Below are positions 1 to 14,573 of a DNA stretch of 64,000 bases, piece by piece. The notes below the pieces were generated by a model. That model saw only the letters and a list, made by a program, of their open reading frames with translations, made no database searches and was not told the DNA's origin. The translations under genes were made by a program, and so were the position numbers. Source of the DNA: Chrysomallon squamiferum (lineage: Eukaryota; Animalia; Mollusca); the NCBI GenBank assembly GCA_012295275.1, contig CM022671.1, positions 12,648,001-12,712,000 of the forward strand. Reading direction: 5' to 3'. Within the stretch, counting starts at the first letter, position 1; each line of letters begins with the position of its first letter.

Positions 1-445
1 TTAGAAAAAACAGAATTTTTTTTTTCGATGACGCAACAGAGACTAAAACAAAACAAAAAACCCACCCAGGTAAAAAAGATGTTTTTCTCTTACATTCTAG
101 TTTGAATAACAAATTCAATAAGGTCATCAGGTGTAATTTATCTAACTGTTCCAGCTGGAATGTTATTTTACATGCACGGTATACGCTGTATTCTTTCTAC
201 GATCACCTGACATCAAACAAATCGATCGCTGTCCTGTCTACTGTCTGTTAACTGTTGTAACACGTTGAAAAAAGGTCAATATGTAAATAATAATAAGCTA
301 ATAAAGCGTCATGCTGAATTATTTATAATGAGAATGTTTTGGATGACACATATGTGGGTTAACGGAAACGGCATTTTGTTGTGTTTCACTCTCATCTATT
401 TAGCTTCCAGTAAATAGAGAACCACACACATACATTCATGTTCTA

Positions 446-498
446 ATACATACATACATACATACATACATACATACATACATACATACATACATACA

Positions 499-527
<29 letters not shown>
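446..527. repeat. (ATAC)n microsatellite
   Basis: Direct reading. Confidence 0.97.
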
Positions 528-531
<4 letters not shown>

Positions 532-1359
532 GCATCATCACATTATATGTAAATACGTCTAGATGGATCCATACAGGCACATATCAAACATACACACACG
601 CAGTATAAATTGTCTCAGCAAATAAATATTTTAATTATTAAATGATATATTTGCAATTATATTAAAATAACAATAACAATAACAACAACAACAATAATTC
701 TCTTGAATAATAAAAAAAACATTTCAGATAAGAATCTTTCATTTGTTCAAATGTAAAGTTTAGTGTGTACTTCTTTACTGTTAGCAATGTAACACATATC
801 ATGATTGAACATCTCCTTGAAATAATACTGGAATGATTGGGTTTTTTTTCGTTATTATTATTAATTTAAAAAAAAAAAAAAAAAAAAAATAAAAAAAAAA
901 AAAAAAAAAAATGCGTCTATAATGAAATGATTGCAGTGAAATGTGATAATGTATTCTAAAGAAGATTAATTAGTGGAACATCTGTGGGCACAGATGTTTA
1001 TATGTAACGTTGGTCGTGTTCTCAAAGTAGAATTTATTATTAGCAGATGTGTTCACTATTCACTTAAACACGAAATCTACAATAAATTCGAACGAGTAAT
1101 AACAACAACAACAATAATAATGACGAGGATGATGATTATGATGATCAGGAGTAGAAATAACGTTAGGCAGGGGTTGTTCAGGAGGAGGATTGGTTGTTGT
1201 TATCTTTTACTGTATTAAAAATTTACTTTTTTTTGGAAATTAATCTGATTTGTGCATAAACTAAACGAATCAAAATTAACAGGATCTAAACAAACATTTT
1301 AAATATAAATAAGCAAAAAAAATAAAAATATTTTTCGGAAGATTATTTATTTAGTATAA

Positions 1360-1620
1360 CTACTAATAATAATTCTAATACTACTGCTACTTATTACTTA
1401 CTATTATACTCACATTACTATATTACCATTATCACTACTACAATTACTAATCTGATTACCAAATGTACATTACCATTGTCTGAACTACTATTATATCCAC
1501 CATTACCATATTATCACTACCTATTACTACTATTATAACAGCCATTACTATATTACCATTATCACTACTAGCACCACTACTATTACTACTACTATATAAT
1601 CATTAATACTGCAACACACC
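1360..1620. repeat. Degenerate (ACT/ATT/ACC)n low-complexity tract
   Basis: cattactatattaccattatcactacta occurs twice within a trinucleotide-derived tract. Confidence 0.8.
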
Positions 1621-3459
1621 AACACTATCAACATATCACGCCATCACCCCCATAACACGTTACTTTTTTACTAATTTATTTCGTTTTTGTATCATAATAA
1701 TTTATAAGTTAAGAAATCCACTGACATTGAACAAGCTAAAAATTAAAATTGTTAAAATGGATTGATTATTAAACTTATCGATTTCACATTTTGATTATAA
1801 AATGTTTCAGCATGTTTTCTGAATAAATAATCTCATTGGTTACACTGAATTGTGATTTGAATTTCAATCAGACACTCATATAATCTTTTTAATTAATTTA
1901 ATCTCCGGTATAAAATAATATTTTGTTAAGCAAAATGGTGCAAGTCCGCACGATATTGGAATAATTTCACTGATGTTAAAAGCATTTTAACTATCTGTAT
2001 ATCTGTCTGCTTACCTATCTATTTATCTGTCAGGGTTTGCCCCGTTGTTGTTATTGGTTTTTAATGTGACGATATGACAAACACATATGTTTATTATCAC
2101 TTTTTTTTTTAAGTACTAAATGCTGAAAGATCGATAAAACAATTCAGAATTTATGGAATACAAAAATTCGAGAATAATTTTTACATAATTCACTGTTTAA
2201 TGGTTAGTGACAAGATATCACTACTGACAACTCTTGAATAAAATGTAATGTGAAGAGGTCGTATTTCAGCTTTCAAACTATGTCATGGAAACCAGGTGTA
2301 TTCAATGGCAGAACTTCTGTGTGATATGGAATTCACGTCTCTGCTAAGTTCAGAAGAAAAAAAAATGGATTGTATAAAAATTCACAGAAAACGCTGAGAT
2401 AACAGAATATTAATGATACATAACAGCCGTGTTAAGTCTGTGTGTTTGTGTGTGTGCTAATGTATCCAGCCAGCTTGCGACCTATGTACTCTATAACATA
2501 CAAAATATAAATATAGAATGTACTATTTATACATACGAAGAAAAGTAAAAAAAGAATTTTAATTAACAGATACAAATTAATAAACTTAAATTTTTTAAAA
2601 TATTTGCATACAATAACTGTATTTCGCTATTCCATTCTTCGCAGGATAAAGCTGATACCTAAAGGCAGAAACCAGTCATTCCCTCTATATATTGGTAAAA
2701 GATTAAAAAAAAAAAAAAAAAAGGAATTTTCAGCCATGGATTAATAAAAATATATATATTTTTAATAAATATTAAGAGCCAGATTCTTACTAGACTGAAG
2801 TAAAGTGTTTTAAATTTAAATTTTCTGATTCATGTTCAGACACATATTTCAGCTGCATCTTACAGTTAGTGTATTTTCAGTGTATTTTATTACAAAGTTT
2901 AATTGGTAAGTATACATTTCTTTGTTTTTTTTCCTTTTTTGTTGATTTTGTATTGTTTTGTTGTTTTTGTTTGTTTGATGTTCTGTTATTTGTTTTGTGG
3001 GGTTGCGACTATTTTCTTTTCTTAATTAATGAAAAAGATTCTCTCTTTTGTGAAAGAAAAACACCATGTATACTTCTGAAATATATATATATATATATAT
3101 TTAAAAATTATTTGTTGATTTTTTTATATATATTATTTATCATCTTCATTAGTACTGCTACTACTATTGCGATTATTATTATTGTTGTTGTTGTTGTTGT
3201 CAAGTGTATTGCAACAGTTAATTTGAAAGTATTATCCAAGAACCGGTAAAGTAAAAACTACAGTATTTGTGCACCACTAAACCAGTAAACAGCCAGTCTG
3301 CTAAACAGGAAAGTGTCTAACAGTGTGGAGAGAAATAATAAAAATAATAATAATAATTTAAAACAAAAACAACTTTTACATGCACATTATTAAATCCAGT
3401 TTAGTAAGGGATGTCAACAAATAATATTAAGTTTTCAGCTAACCGACGATTGTATTCAG

Positions 3460-3500
<41 letters not shown>

Positions 3501-3984
3501 AAGAAAGAAATTAGAAAATATAATGCTTATGTTGGAAAAAATATAGGTAATAAAACAAAATATTAATAATAATAATAATAAATAACAAAGACAAAAATAA
3601 AAGCAGACCTTAATTATTTATGAGTTAATAATTCAAATTAGTACCTCCTCCAGATAATTCATCTGTATGAACAGCACCAGCAACTTAGTCGTCTGCATCG
3701 AAATTTAATATCTACGGTTATAGAATAAAAAATATTTATTAAATCAAAGAAAAAGATAGAAATGTGTCTAAAGGATTAAGGTTTCAAAAAAGAATAGCAA
3801 AAACTCTACAACTGCAAGATTAAGCAAAAATTGTAAGGTTGGATAACATCCAACGTACACGTGTTCAAGTCAAAACGAGAAACAAAATCAGAATTTACTG
3901 TGAAAAATGTCTCAAAAAAAAAGTCTTTCCAGCTCAAAACTTTTTACTCTATTCGAAAATAAAACAAGTAGTCATAAGTACGAA

Positions 3985-4215
3985 GGGAGAGATTTTTTTA
4001 TTATTTAACGAAGCACTAAACACATTTTATTTACGGTAGCATGGCGTCGGAAAAGTAATTAAGAGCCATTCAGATGATGAGACCGGAAATCCGTTTCTTG
4101 GGTTATTACTTTCTTGTAACCGTGAATATCGTTAGCAGCAAAGTATCTTTTATATACACCATCCCTCAGACAGGATAACAACATCGCAGCCTGTTTTAAC
4201 AGCTGTGGAACTATA
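3985..4215. mobile_element. Decayed SINE-like interspersed repeat
   Basis: ttatttaacgaagcactaaacacattttatttacggt...atggcgtcgg...gttagcagcaaagtatcttttatatacaccatccctcagacaggata matches, from memory, an abundant gastropod SINE-like repeat. Not database-verified. Confidence 0.65.
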
Positions 4216-6537
4216 GCTTCAGTCTATATAGCTAAATATGTAATTCTGAAGTAACTTGTTTGTGTGCTGAGGTGGGTTTTTTTATTTAGTTACTGTTGCT
4301 GTTGTATTGGGGTTTGCAGGTGTTGAGGATTCCGTTTATTTGAGGTTTGTTATTGTTGTTCTGGCTGTTTTCCTTCACATAGTTTTGTTCTGTTTTTTCA
4401 TAATTACATTTTTGACTTACACTGAATCTTATTACATGATAAGATATACATAAAACAGCAAAACTCATATTTAATCTAAACAAGTTGTAGTTTTCCTTCG
4501 CTATAGTCACCACTGGAAAGTAAGAGTCAGAATCGAACAATCGGAGTCATTTTGTTGCAACAGTTAAGTTAAAGTCGAGGATTTCGTGAAAATAGTGGGC
4601 GTTAGCAGGAGCAAATAGACAGATTAAATAAAGAACACCCAAGAGGGAAAGTAAAATTGCTTTGCAGTCATTTCAGAAAACTTTAAAATGACAGTTAGCT
4701 CTCAAAAGTATTTTTTCTATTATCCTAAGTCGGGAATTCAAGGTCAGATTCATGTCATCATTCTCTTAAACAATCCAAAAGGAAAGTATTAAAAATCTTC
4801 ATGTCCAAAATAATAAATACAGTTCGGTGATAAACAATATTTAAATCAATGCTTGAGATGAGAAAACTGTCACTAAGAAACCGGCATTATTGTTTTAAAC
4901 ACACCCACATACACACCCACATACACACATACACACACACATACACACAAGATGTACAAAAAAAAGAAGACGTGTATGGGAACGATCAAAATGAATATAA
5001 CCCGTTTTGAACTTTCTTATATATTTCCTTAATGACTTATTACTGCCAGTTAAAAGCAAATTATCTTTAACTTTCTCCTTCATAGAAACGCATAAATCAT
5101 AAAAGTAATTGCTTTGAAAATGGAAAATAAGATTCTGAATTCTTTACAAGTTATCAAAGCCGGTACCTATGAAAGAAATAATTTATAACCGACTTCATCT
5201 GATATCTTTTTTACATTATGCTTTAATGATATCTTTACAAATTACATAATTACCTTTTAAATATTTGTTTTTCTTTGAACTATCGGAAAGAATCCGTTCA
5301 AAAAACCATATCCCTGATGAAAAACCGCTGGTACTTTGTTCCCATATATTCTTTTTGTTTGAAAACGTTTACCTTTATAGGTTGCCCGCTGCAACAGACA
5401 GTGGTTCTTTTACTACGTAGTTACTTCAACGTTTTATCTACAGCATCTACCACTTATCTTAAAGCAATCCTCCATCTTTACTGAATTTTTTGAAATTCTT
5501 AATTTGTTTTTTAATTTAATTTTTTATTATTATTATTATTATTATTGCCATATTTTGCTTGTCTTTCTTGAAGGGAATTTCTTTTTTTTTTTCTTCTTCT
5601 TTTTTTAACTCCTCTATTTCGCCTAGACATTAGTAATTTTTATGGTAATTAAATGTTTTGTTCCAATCAGAACATTATTCTACTTCTTTCACCTGGCTGC
5701 TGAATGAAAGCGAAACAGAATGTTACCTCCACCATTCAATCTGCTAATTTAAATATATTATAACAGAAATACAATGAGTTTAGGAAATACAAACAATAAA
5801 AAAAAGAATTAAAAGCTGTGAAGAAAATTGTTAAAAACCTTAAATAAACTAAGAAAAAATGTTAGATAATTTTGTCTTTGTTTTAATACTGAAATCCGGA
5901 CATCTATGTTTCGGTGGTTGCATTACTTTCTAATAGTAACACACACATAACGTACTGTCTAGACTCTATAAATAATAAAAGGAAAAATATAAATCAATGA
6001 CAAATACTAAAAAACAAAAGAAATATGTATTAACATTCATAATAAGTAAATACACTACTGTAAATACCGATGTCAGTAAATAATTAGTGTTCTGTTTAAC
6101 CATCAGTAATTCTCTTTTACGGTAAAATACGCGATGAGGAATCCTTAAAAGATGATGCTACAAATACTGAAAATTGTAATCTTTAACTATGTATGAGGTA
6201 ATCGAACGATTTAAGGGTAACCGGGTAACAAAAGTCAGACACGAACTAACAGGCTAAACTATATTATGGAACACACCATATGCTGGTAAAACAGAATTAT
6301 AATATAATTAGGGAAAGAATTTACATAAATTTTTGTTATTTATATTCAAGCTACACACATACCTTAGAAAACCCATTCTATTATATTACTAAAAAGAAAT
6401 ATGACATATACTAACCTCCGTTTCATTAATTAAAAGTGAGAAGAGTTTGGCAGCACTTGTTTTGATGCAGTGGTATTTCTGTGTAATCTATGTCATTAAC
6501 GGCATATTTAACACACACACACACACATATATATTTA

Positions 6538-6576
<39 letters not shown>

Positions 6577-9500
6577 CGTAACTTAAAATTTATTTAAGCA
6601 TAATTATCTTGATTCTTCTCTAACCGATTCCGTTTTTAAATTGGTTTCAAGCGATTGATTCCCTATGTTATATAGATTTCCCCAAAACTATAGATAATTT
6701 TGTTGGTGGTTTTCTCGTTTGTATAATTTAAAGTGTGGTTGTGCAATAATTAATAAATAAGTCAAAATATACTCTTTGTTGACACGTTATTTATCTTATG
6801 GTTTAGATATAAAATACCATCTAAATATGAATTTACTAATCATTGTCACGTGGCCTCTAACGCCTGCATCCCCTAGTCGCGGATAACAAGCGCTTTAGGC
6901 ACTGGGAAGAACCACTTCAAAAAAAAAATAATAATAAATATAAACACCAACCACAAATTGAATAATAAAATACATATCCTTTCTTTCCCCAAAATATATT
7001 TATCATAAAGCAATAATCTGCTGGTCAGAAACAAACATGTAAAATTATCTGAAGGCTGACCACAGATATTTAATAAATGAGACTAGATCACACACTGAAA
7101 AACTGTAGTAAAATCGCAATCGATATTAATTGCATTTTTGTTGTATTTTTAATCTTTTTTTTAATCTTTAATTTAATTTGCTTGTAATAAAATTATACAG
7201 AACTAAATATTATTGCAAATCATAAATGTTTTATTCATAGCTATATATTTTAATTTCAGTAAAGTAATTATGTCACGGACATCTGTTGATTAAATATTTC
7301 ATAAATATTTTTTATTTGTTTTATTATTATTATTATTATTATTATTATGTTCTATTTATTTGCATTCATTTTATATTTTAAAAATAATGTGTTTCTATCT
7401 GTAATAAGACTATTTTGAATTCTAATTAGAACAAATGGATTTGAATGTCCTAGGTCGTAATGGTTTTATGAATATAATTATATATAAATATGCAATATCG
7501 TTTGTATATGTCAATATTTATAAGTATATCTGTTCATTTGTGGGTTTTTCGACAATCTGGTTTATGTAATTATTCGTAGTTGTGTGCTTGTATGGTTAAT
7601 CTATCTATCTATCTATATATGACATTATTTCCCGGATTTTATATTATTGAATATTAAAAAAAAAAACAGAACTAAACAAACCTAACGTTAATGAAATTAA
7701 ATGAAAAAATATTATTTCTTCCAGTATAAACGATTTTTGCTAGGATTAGACGTACACTTTTCTTAAACCCTGCATTGAATAACTGGACTTTTATCTTTGT
7801 TTAGTTCTGTTATATGCATTTAATACAATGTGCTTCAAGAGTAGCGGGAACAGATGGTGCCTCAATACATACTCAGATAGTGAAGCGGAACTCTTGTTTA
7901 ATACCGGTCTACATTCCAGTCCTTAGTCTCAGCATGAAGTCACAATATCAAATGAACCAACCATGTGGGGCTACAGTTTCATATCAATAAGGATTTTTTT
8001 TTCTTGTTTTTTTTTCTTAAATCTATCATTAAGCTTCAAAATAATTGTAATATTGTTAGAATACCTCCAAACTAAATCATATTAAATTGTAATACTAGTC
8101 GATCCTGTAAGAATTTGTTCAACATTTGTCTTAAAACATCCTTGTGATTTAAGTGAGCGTGTGTGTCCGTCTGTCTCTTTCTGTTCATGTCTGTGTATGT
8201 AAACCTGCTTTAGCGATCATCATGAGGTTAATTCCACAATGCATTTTATTTTCTGTCTGGGAACCACTTTGTCTTTCTCCTTTAGCATCAGTTATATACA
8301 GTCATATATTAACTGAAAGGTAAAAAAATACTCACTGGACGACTGATCTTGCAAACCATCACATATGACCTTGTTTTCTTATCACTGAACGCTTCGCTCA
8401 TAAATTACGTCTTGGTATAATTTGTAAACTATCTAATAATAGAGCACTTCAGTTAATTAATAACTGTTTTAACATAAGCTCAATTTTTCATTGTAATTTA
8501 AACGGAAAATAGCAAGTAATACAATGTATTTATGTCTAAATTATAATATTGAAATAATAAAAGCATGCAGATTAGTGTTTTATATACGTGGAATGATTTT
8601 TTTGTTATTACAAAAGAAAATTGTGGACATTAACATTTAGCAATAACAACTTTATATTTTAACGATGAAGTTTTAATTACTTGGACTAAATGTCAAAAAC
8701 AAGCATAGAAATATGGAAAAGCTACATAGAGAGAATGGCAATGAAGAACGCATTATCTTTTACTTATTATTAAATGTTATACCTGTAATTTGTATTATGA
8801 TGACATGAAATGAAAACACTGTTACAGTTTCATGAAATACTCTTTTACAAACACTCACTAATGTCTATAAAAATAAAACAATTCATGGACATTGACTAGA
8901 ACAGGAAATAGTAGAGCAAACTGGATGAACTCAGAAGAACTGGTCATTATAACCTTTGAGTTATATCTTGCTATTTCAAGAAAGGAGGATCTAATTCTTA
9001 CGAGGCCGTGGTTTACGACATCAGCATCAGGATGCACTCATAAAATATGAAGGAATTTCGATAAAACAGAATCATAAAGCAATTATTTTAATTAGTTGAC
9101 AGATAGTAAACAAATAATAATTATAAAACAACTGAATTGTATATCAAACAGATTTTGAGGAAAAGAGAATTATATAATAATTTATCTGTTACAAAAATAA
9201 ATATAACCACCCTCAAATTTAAGAAAATACTACTAATAAAAAAAATACTACTAATACAAAAATTACGACAAATAAATGTAATAAATCTACAGCTCGAGTA
9301 TTTGTATATTTCTATTTGTTTCTCGTCTTCAGAATCTCAATGACAATAACGCGAAGACTAAATTATCAAAACAAAATACAACTAAAAATCGGTACATTGA
9401 AATTTGAGCTTCAGATGAATAATAATGCTCGATGTATTTTATTAAGTGTTTTATTTTTTTGTTTGATTATATGAGAGAAAACGTCTGCTGTTACAAATCT

Positions 9501-9877
9501 AGAAATGCTAATTATCAAAACAAAATAGCTGTTTTACATCAGGATCTATGAATCCGCGAATCGCACGTAATATACAATTTCAGATACAGCAACTGTCAGA
9601 AGAAAATATTATAGAATTTTGGTGTTCGTTACAACACTGGAATAGGAATCGAAGAAGAAAGAAGCTCGATTTTTGAAGAAATATACTAAACAAAAGAGAG
9701 ACCCATGTGAAATGACAATATTCAACCAATACATGGAAATTATTTATATGAATTTATTTTTATGGATGAAAATGTATCAGGAGGAAAGATTTAAGAAAAA
9801 ATATATTAACAATTTTTTTAATTATATTTTGCCATCTGTACAATCATATTTGAAGAAAAAAACGCACACAAAATGTT

Positions 9878-10006
<129 letters not shown>

Positions 10007-12247
10007 GTGTTAGTGTTAGAGATAGTGTCTGAGTATCAACACATCACAAATCTCTTTATTTTTATGTCTCCCTATTTTTACACTTTAGATGATAATCAAA
10101 TTTAATTATCTAAGATCTTTCATTCGTTTTACAATTCTCTCTGATTTGTAACTTGTATCCTGTTCGTGTATCTCACTCAGTCAATCATATACCGATCAAA
10201 AACCCCGTGTGTGCTTTACCTAATCTTATTCCTTTCTTTATTTCGACGTTTTACACATTCAGAGCTAGTACTGCCTTGTAAATATATTTAACTATCCTAA
10301 CTGGACTGAAATACAAGCCGTAAGCAGACCAGATGAGATGAATTTGATCAACAGAATGAGATAGGTTGTCAAAATGGTCTTTTCAGAGGGTTCTGACATC
10401 AAGAAATGAACCAGACTGTCGATGTATAAACTGGTTTCCATGATTTCTTTAAAACAAAAATCACTGTAATGCCAAGTGTCGTGAAAATGCAGTTTGTACG
10501 GTACATTTTTCTAAAAAAGATATCTGAAAAATTTCTAAAAAGGATTCCTGAAGAGGTTACTGTTATTTTATATAAATGTTTCATTATCATTTTAATTATG
10601 AACGAAACTGTATATGTTCCTTAGATAAATGTATTAATTTTTTGAGGGGAGGGAGAATATTAATAGTGTCATAGAGCTTCGTCAATCTGTGTCATCTTTA
10701 ATACCAGAAAATTCATTTATAATTACTTTTAACAATGCAGATAATTGATTATCTAGTATAAATTAAAATATCAGAAATATTCATCCTACTCCATTTAGTT
10801 GATATTTATCGAATATCATATATCTGTTTTTATTTTTCATACAGCCACTGGGAACAGTGAACAGAATCTTAGCTTACAATAGACAAATTTACGACAACGA
10901 ATTAATAACACAGAAAATACCGGATGTATAATGAGCACCTGATGCTTGAACTGATGGGATTTTTTGTTGTTGCTGCTGATATTGTTGTAATTTTATTATT
11001 ATTATTGTTATTTATTTTTAATTTATCTTTTTATCTTTTCGTTTTTCTTATTAGTCGAATTTATAATATGTTATGTGTTTTTTATATATATATATATATA
11101 TATCATATGCCTATTTTATATCTTTGTATGTTTGTATTTTTATGTGTATTGTGTCTTATGTATTCATGTTTTAAATTCACTGTACATGTCAAAAACCACG
11201 TTCATTTAATTATTCAAACTGATGTAGATTATGCAGATAATTGTACAACGAAATGTTTATTACGTTGTCCAAATCAATATATTAGACAAACAAAACACGA
11301 AAGATTGCATATAACATTTCAGTGTTACAAGCGAAGGAATACACTTCATAGCTATGATATTATTTATACGTCTTCCTGCAATGGACGCATAACGAATTCA
11401 GTATTTCAGCAATATATGTAATTAGCTGCAATTGTTCCGAATTTTATGTTAAAAATAAGAAGTGTAGAGAAACGATACATAAATAATGTTTCTTACTGTA
11501 TAGAAAGCATTTTCTCACACAGGAACTAGAAAAGACAGAATTACGAAATCAATACAAATTATTACATTCAGTACAAGGATGAAGCAAATATAAACTGTCA
11601 GTGTACGAAAGATAAATGTATTGCTCTGTTACTATTATCAATGAGAAATTTGTGTTTTATTGCACGTCTTTCAACAGCTGGATAAACACACCGCAGCGTT
11701 TCAAACAAGCACAGCCTGGAACGAGCAATGGCCTCGGCGCTGAGCTTGGAGCAAGAGCTCGCTTCTTCAAACAACATACTGAGGATCCCTTATCCGAAAT
11801 TCCGAAATCCGAAAGTTTTTCCGAGCAGCAGAAATAATAATAATATCTTACAGGTTTGCGGACTTTTTTTGCATATACAAATCGCATTGTACGTACTAAA
11901 TTATTTAAATTATTATTTTAACAAGTCTTGCAGACGATCTGTGTAAACTGTATATGACACAATAATTAACTAATGGATGCTTTTTTATGATTAAGAACTA
12001 TACTGACGAAAACGATATCAGCACCAAAAGAAAAAAAAAGGAAAAGAAAAAAAAATACAAAAAAAATTCAACAGTGTAATAAAACATTTAAAACAGTATG
12101 GTGTTTAATCAAGAGAGTACTGTTAGAATAAGAAAAGGCTGGAACAGATTTAAGCGATTAATTGCCTTCCATAACAGTGTATCTTTTTCAGTGTGTTGCA
12201 GTATTCAAGTATCAATACGATATATGTCACTGTTTTATGCTTACTAA

Positions 12248-12250
<3 letters not shown>

Positions 12251-12289
<39 letters not shown>
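12251..12289. repeat. (GT)n microsatellite
   Basis: Direct reading. Confidence 0.95.
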
Positions 12290-12291
<2 letters not shown>

Positions 12292-13062
12292 GTAAATTAT
12301 TCTGTATGTTGGTTTTTGTTTATGATAGATGGTACATGTATTAAGGAACATTTCTAGTCGTAGACTGTTACTCGTTCCCTTTTAACCACATAACCATTCA
12401 AATGAATATAAATCACAAATAACGTGAACAGCATCGTTTTGTTGTGTTCCAAGACTCACTTCAAACCTCTGCGGCAACCTTCACGAGGAGAAAAAGTTAG
12501 CGGTAATTGCACGCTTTTCGATTAGCGATGTGGGCGAAAATAATTAATCAGAAAATGAACTTGTGAGGTGTTTGAACTTTCCCCGTTATAAAATTTCGAC
12601 GGTATAATCTCAGATCATTTAACTGGATAAAATAAAATTCTGATTATATTATTAAGTAATGACGACATAATCATTAGTGACACGTTTAACTAATTATAAG
12701 AATGTACGTATTACACATACAAACATGTAGATACTTAACTACTACTACTACTAACAATAATAATAATAATAATAATAGTAATGTGGAGAAAAATAAATGA
12801 TGAACTAAGCTATTTAAACTTAAATCGTTGGCATATAATGTGTTTATGTGTGCGAGTGTGTGTGTGTAAACAAAAAAACAAAATCATTTTAACTGATTTT
12901 CTTTTTGTAGCATAAACTACACTGCACTTCATTTTTTATTACATTTATTTATTAACTTTTATACGTTTTTCCCATCACTAGTAATTTGTTTTTAATATTC
13001 TTATTTTGCGTTTGTTATTATTATTATCATCATCATTTTTGTATTATTATAATTGTCATCAC

Positions 13063-13150
<88 letters not shown>
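13063..13150. repeat. Compound (CAT)n(TAT)n microsatellite
   Basis: Direct reading; source of the spurious poly-His/Tyr/Ile ORFs. Confidence 0.97.
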
Positions 13151-13152
<2 letters not shown>

Positions 13153-13247
13153 GGTACTTTCATTTACTCTTCATTGTTGTACACAATTATTTCGTATCGG
13201 TTTTGGAGATGTTTATATTTAATGTAAAATAATTTAAACATACATTA

Positions 13248-13275
13248 TCTCTCTCTATCTATCTATCTATCTATC

Positions 13276-13356
<81 letters not shown>
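13248..13356. repeat. Compound (TCTA)n(AG)n microsatellite
   Basis: Direct reading. Confidence 0.97.
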
Positions 13357-13358
<2 letters not shown>

Positions 13359-14501
13359 TATGATTAAATTATTTTCGGATTTACGGATGTAAAATATTAC
13401 CGTTTCTTAAGAAACAAATTCTTTCTTTGTAAGAGGTTATACATTACACTAACAACTACAATCAAGCTTTTTAAATGTTATATTACAGCATTATCTCGTT
13501 AATATTTCAGTGAAATGTAGCTTTAAAAATTAAAACTATCTTTTATAAATATTTCAAAAAAGTTGGTTCAAAAATCGTTATTACATTATTAATGTTATCG
13601 CTAAAATATAAATTCTTAATTGTGTCATTAAATTAAAATTATACTGTTAAATTTTATATCCATAAACTCCATCGCTAAACTTTAATTTGTGTCAAATTCG
13701 ATGTTAATACTGATTTACACCACCAGTGTAATGCTGTTTGTTCTTAATTATAGCATAATTTACCGTTAATTCAAATTTACGTAATTACGAAATTGGCATG
13801 ATATACATATTTATTGCTAATTTTTAATTTATATCACACATTCATGTCTAAACTAATTCAAACAGAAACTTACCTGATTACTTAGAAAAACATCCAAATT
13901 CATTTCAGCTGATCTACCAACACTTTTATTCTAGGTTTTCCTTCGGTTCTTTTACTGTTTATTATTAAAATTGCTGAGAAATATTTTTAAAAGGTAGATC
14001 CATATAATCAGATTGTTCATTAAAAACATAGATAAAGAACACAAAAATAAAACCAATTAAAAACAGAAAAAAAAACTTTTCCAGCACCTACACTGAATTC
14101 GCCTTTACTACAAGTTAATTTTGTATTTAACTTGAAAACAATGGAAAAGTGTTTCCTTGAGCGCGAAACACTGCAAACTTTGTCGTCAGCAAATCTCACT
14201 TCTGTTCGCAATGTCTGCTGCCTCGCGGGTTATTCGTGCATCCAAAAGCGTCGGTCAATACAGACGGCCACTAACCGCTAGCGAAACCGTTCACGTTATG
14301 ACTTTTCTTTTTTTTTTTTTTTTTTTTTTTTGCTTTAGTACTCCCTATCACATTCTTGTTTAATCTCACAAGGAAATCGCATCGATCAGTAAAATCCAAT
14401 GATCTTTGCTCCAATCTTCTCAACTCCAGTCCGCTTTAATATTGATGGGTTTTCTATTTATTATTTTCGATAAAATTTACAGAACAGAACTACACACACA
14501 C

Positions 14502-14503
<2 letters not shown>

Positions 14504-14569
<66 letters not shown>
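14504..14569. repeat. (AG)n microsatellite
   Basis: Direct reading. Confidence 0.97.

Positions 14570-14573
<4 letters not shown>

Noticed and set aside
2645-2694. Possible 50-nt plus-strand exon (IKLIPKGRNQSFPLYI)
   Set aside because: Good acceptor but no recognisable homology and no compatible partner exon found; insufficient support.
6416-6478. Possible 63-nt minus-strand exon (KYHCIKTSAAKLFSLLINETE)
   Set aside because: Open and phase 0, but the acceptor lacks a pyrimidine tract and the peptide is unrecognisable.
7079-7100. gactagatcacacact, resembling miR-279
   Set aside because: Only a partial match, wrong 5' base, and no complementary hairpin arm seen nearby.
12986-13227. ORFs with poly-His/poly-Tyr/poly-Ile
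   Set aside because: Translations of the (CAT)n(TAT)n microsatellite; no splice context or coding-like flanks.
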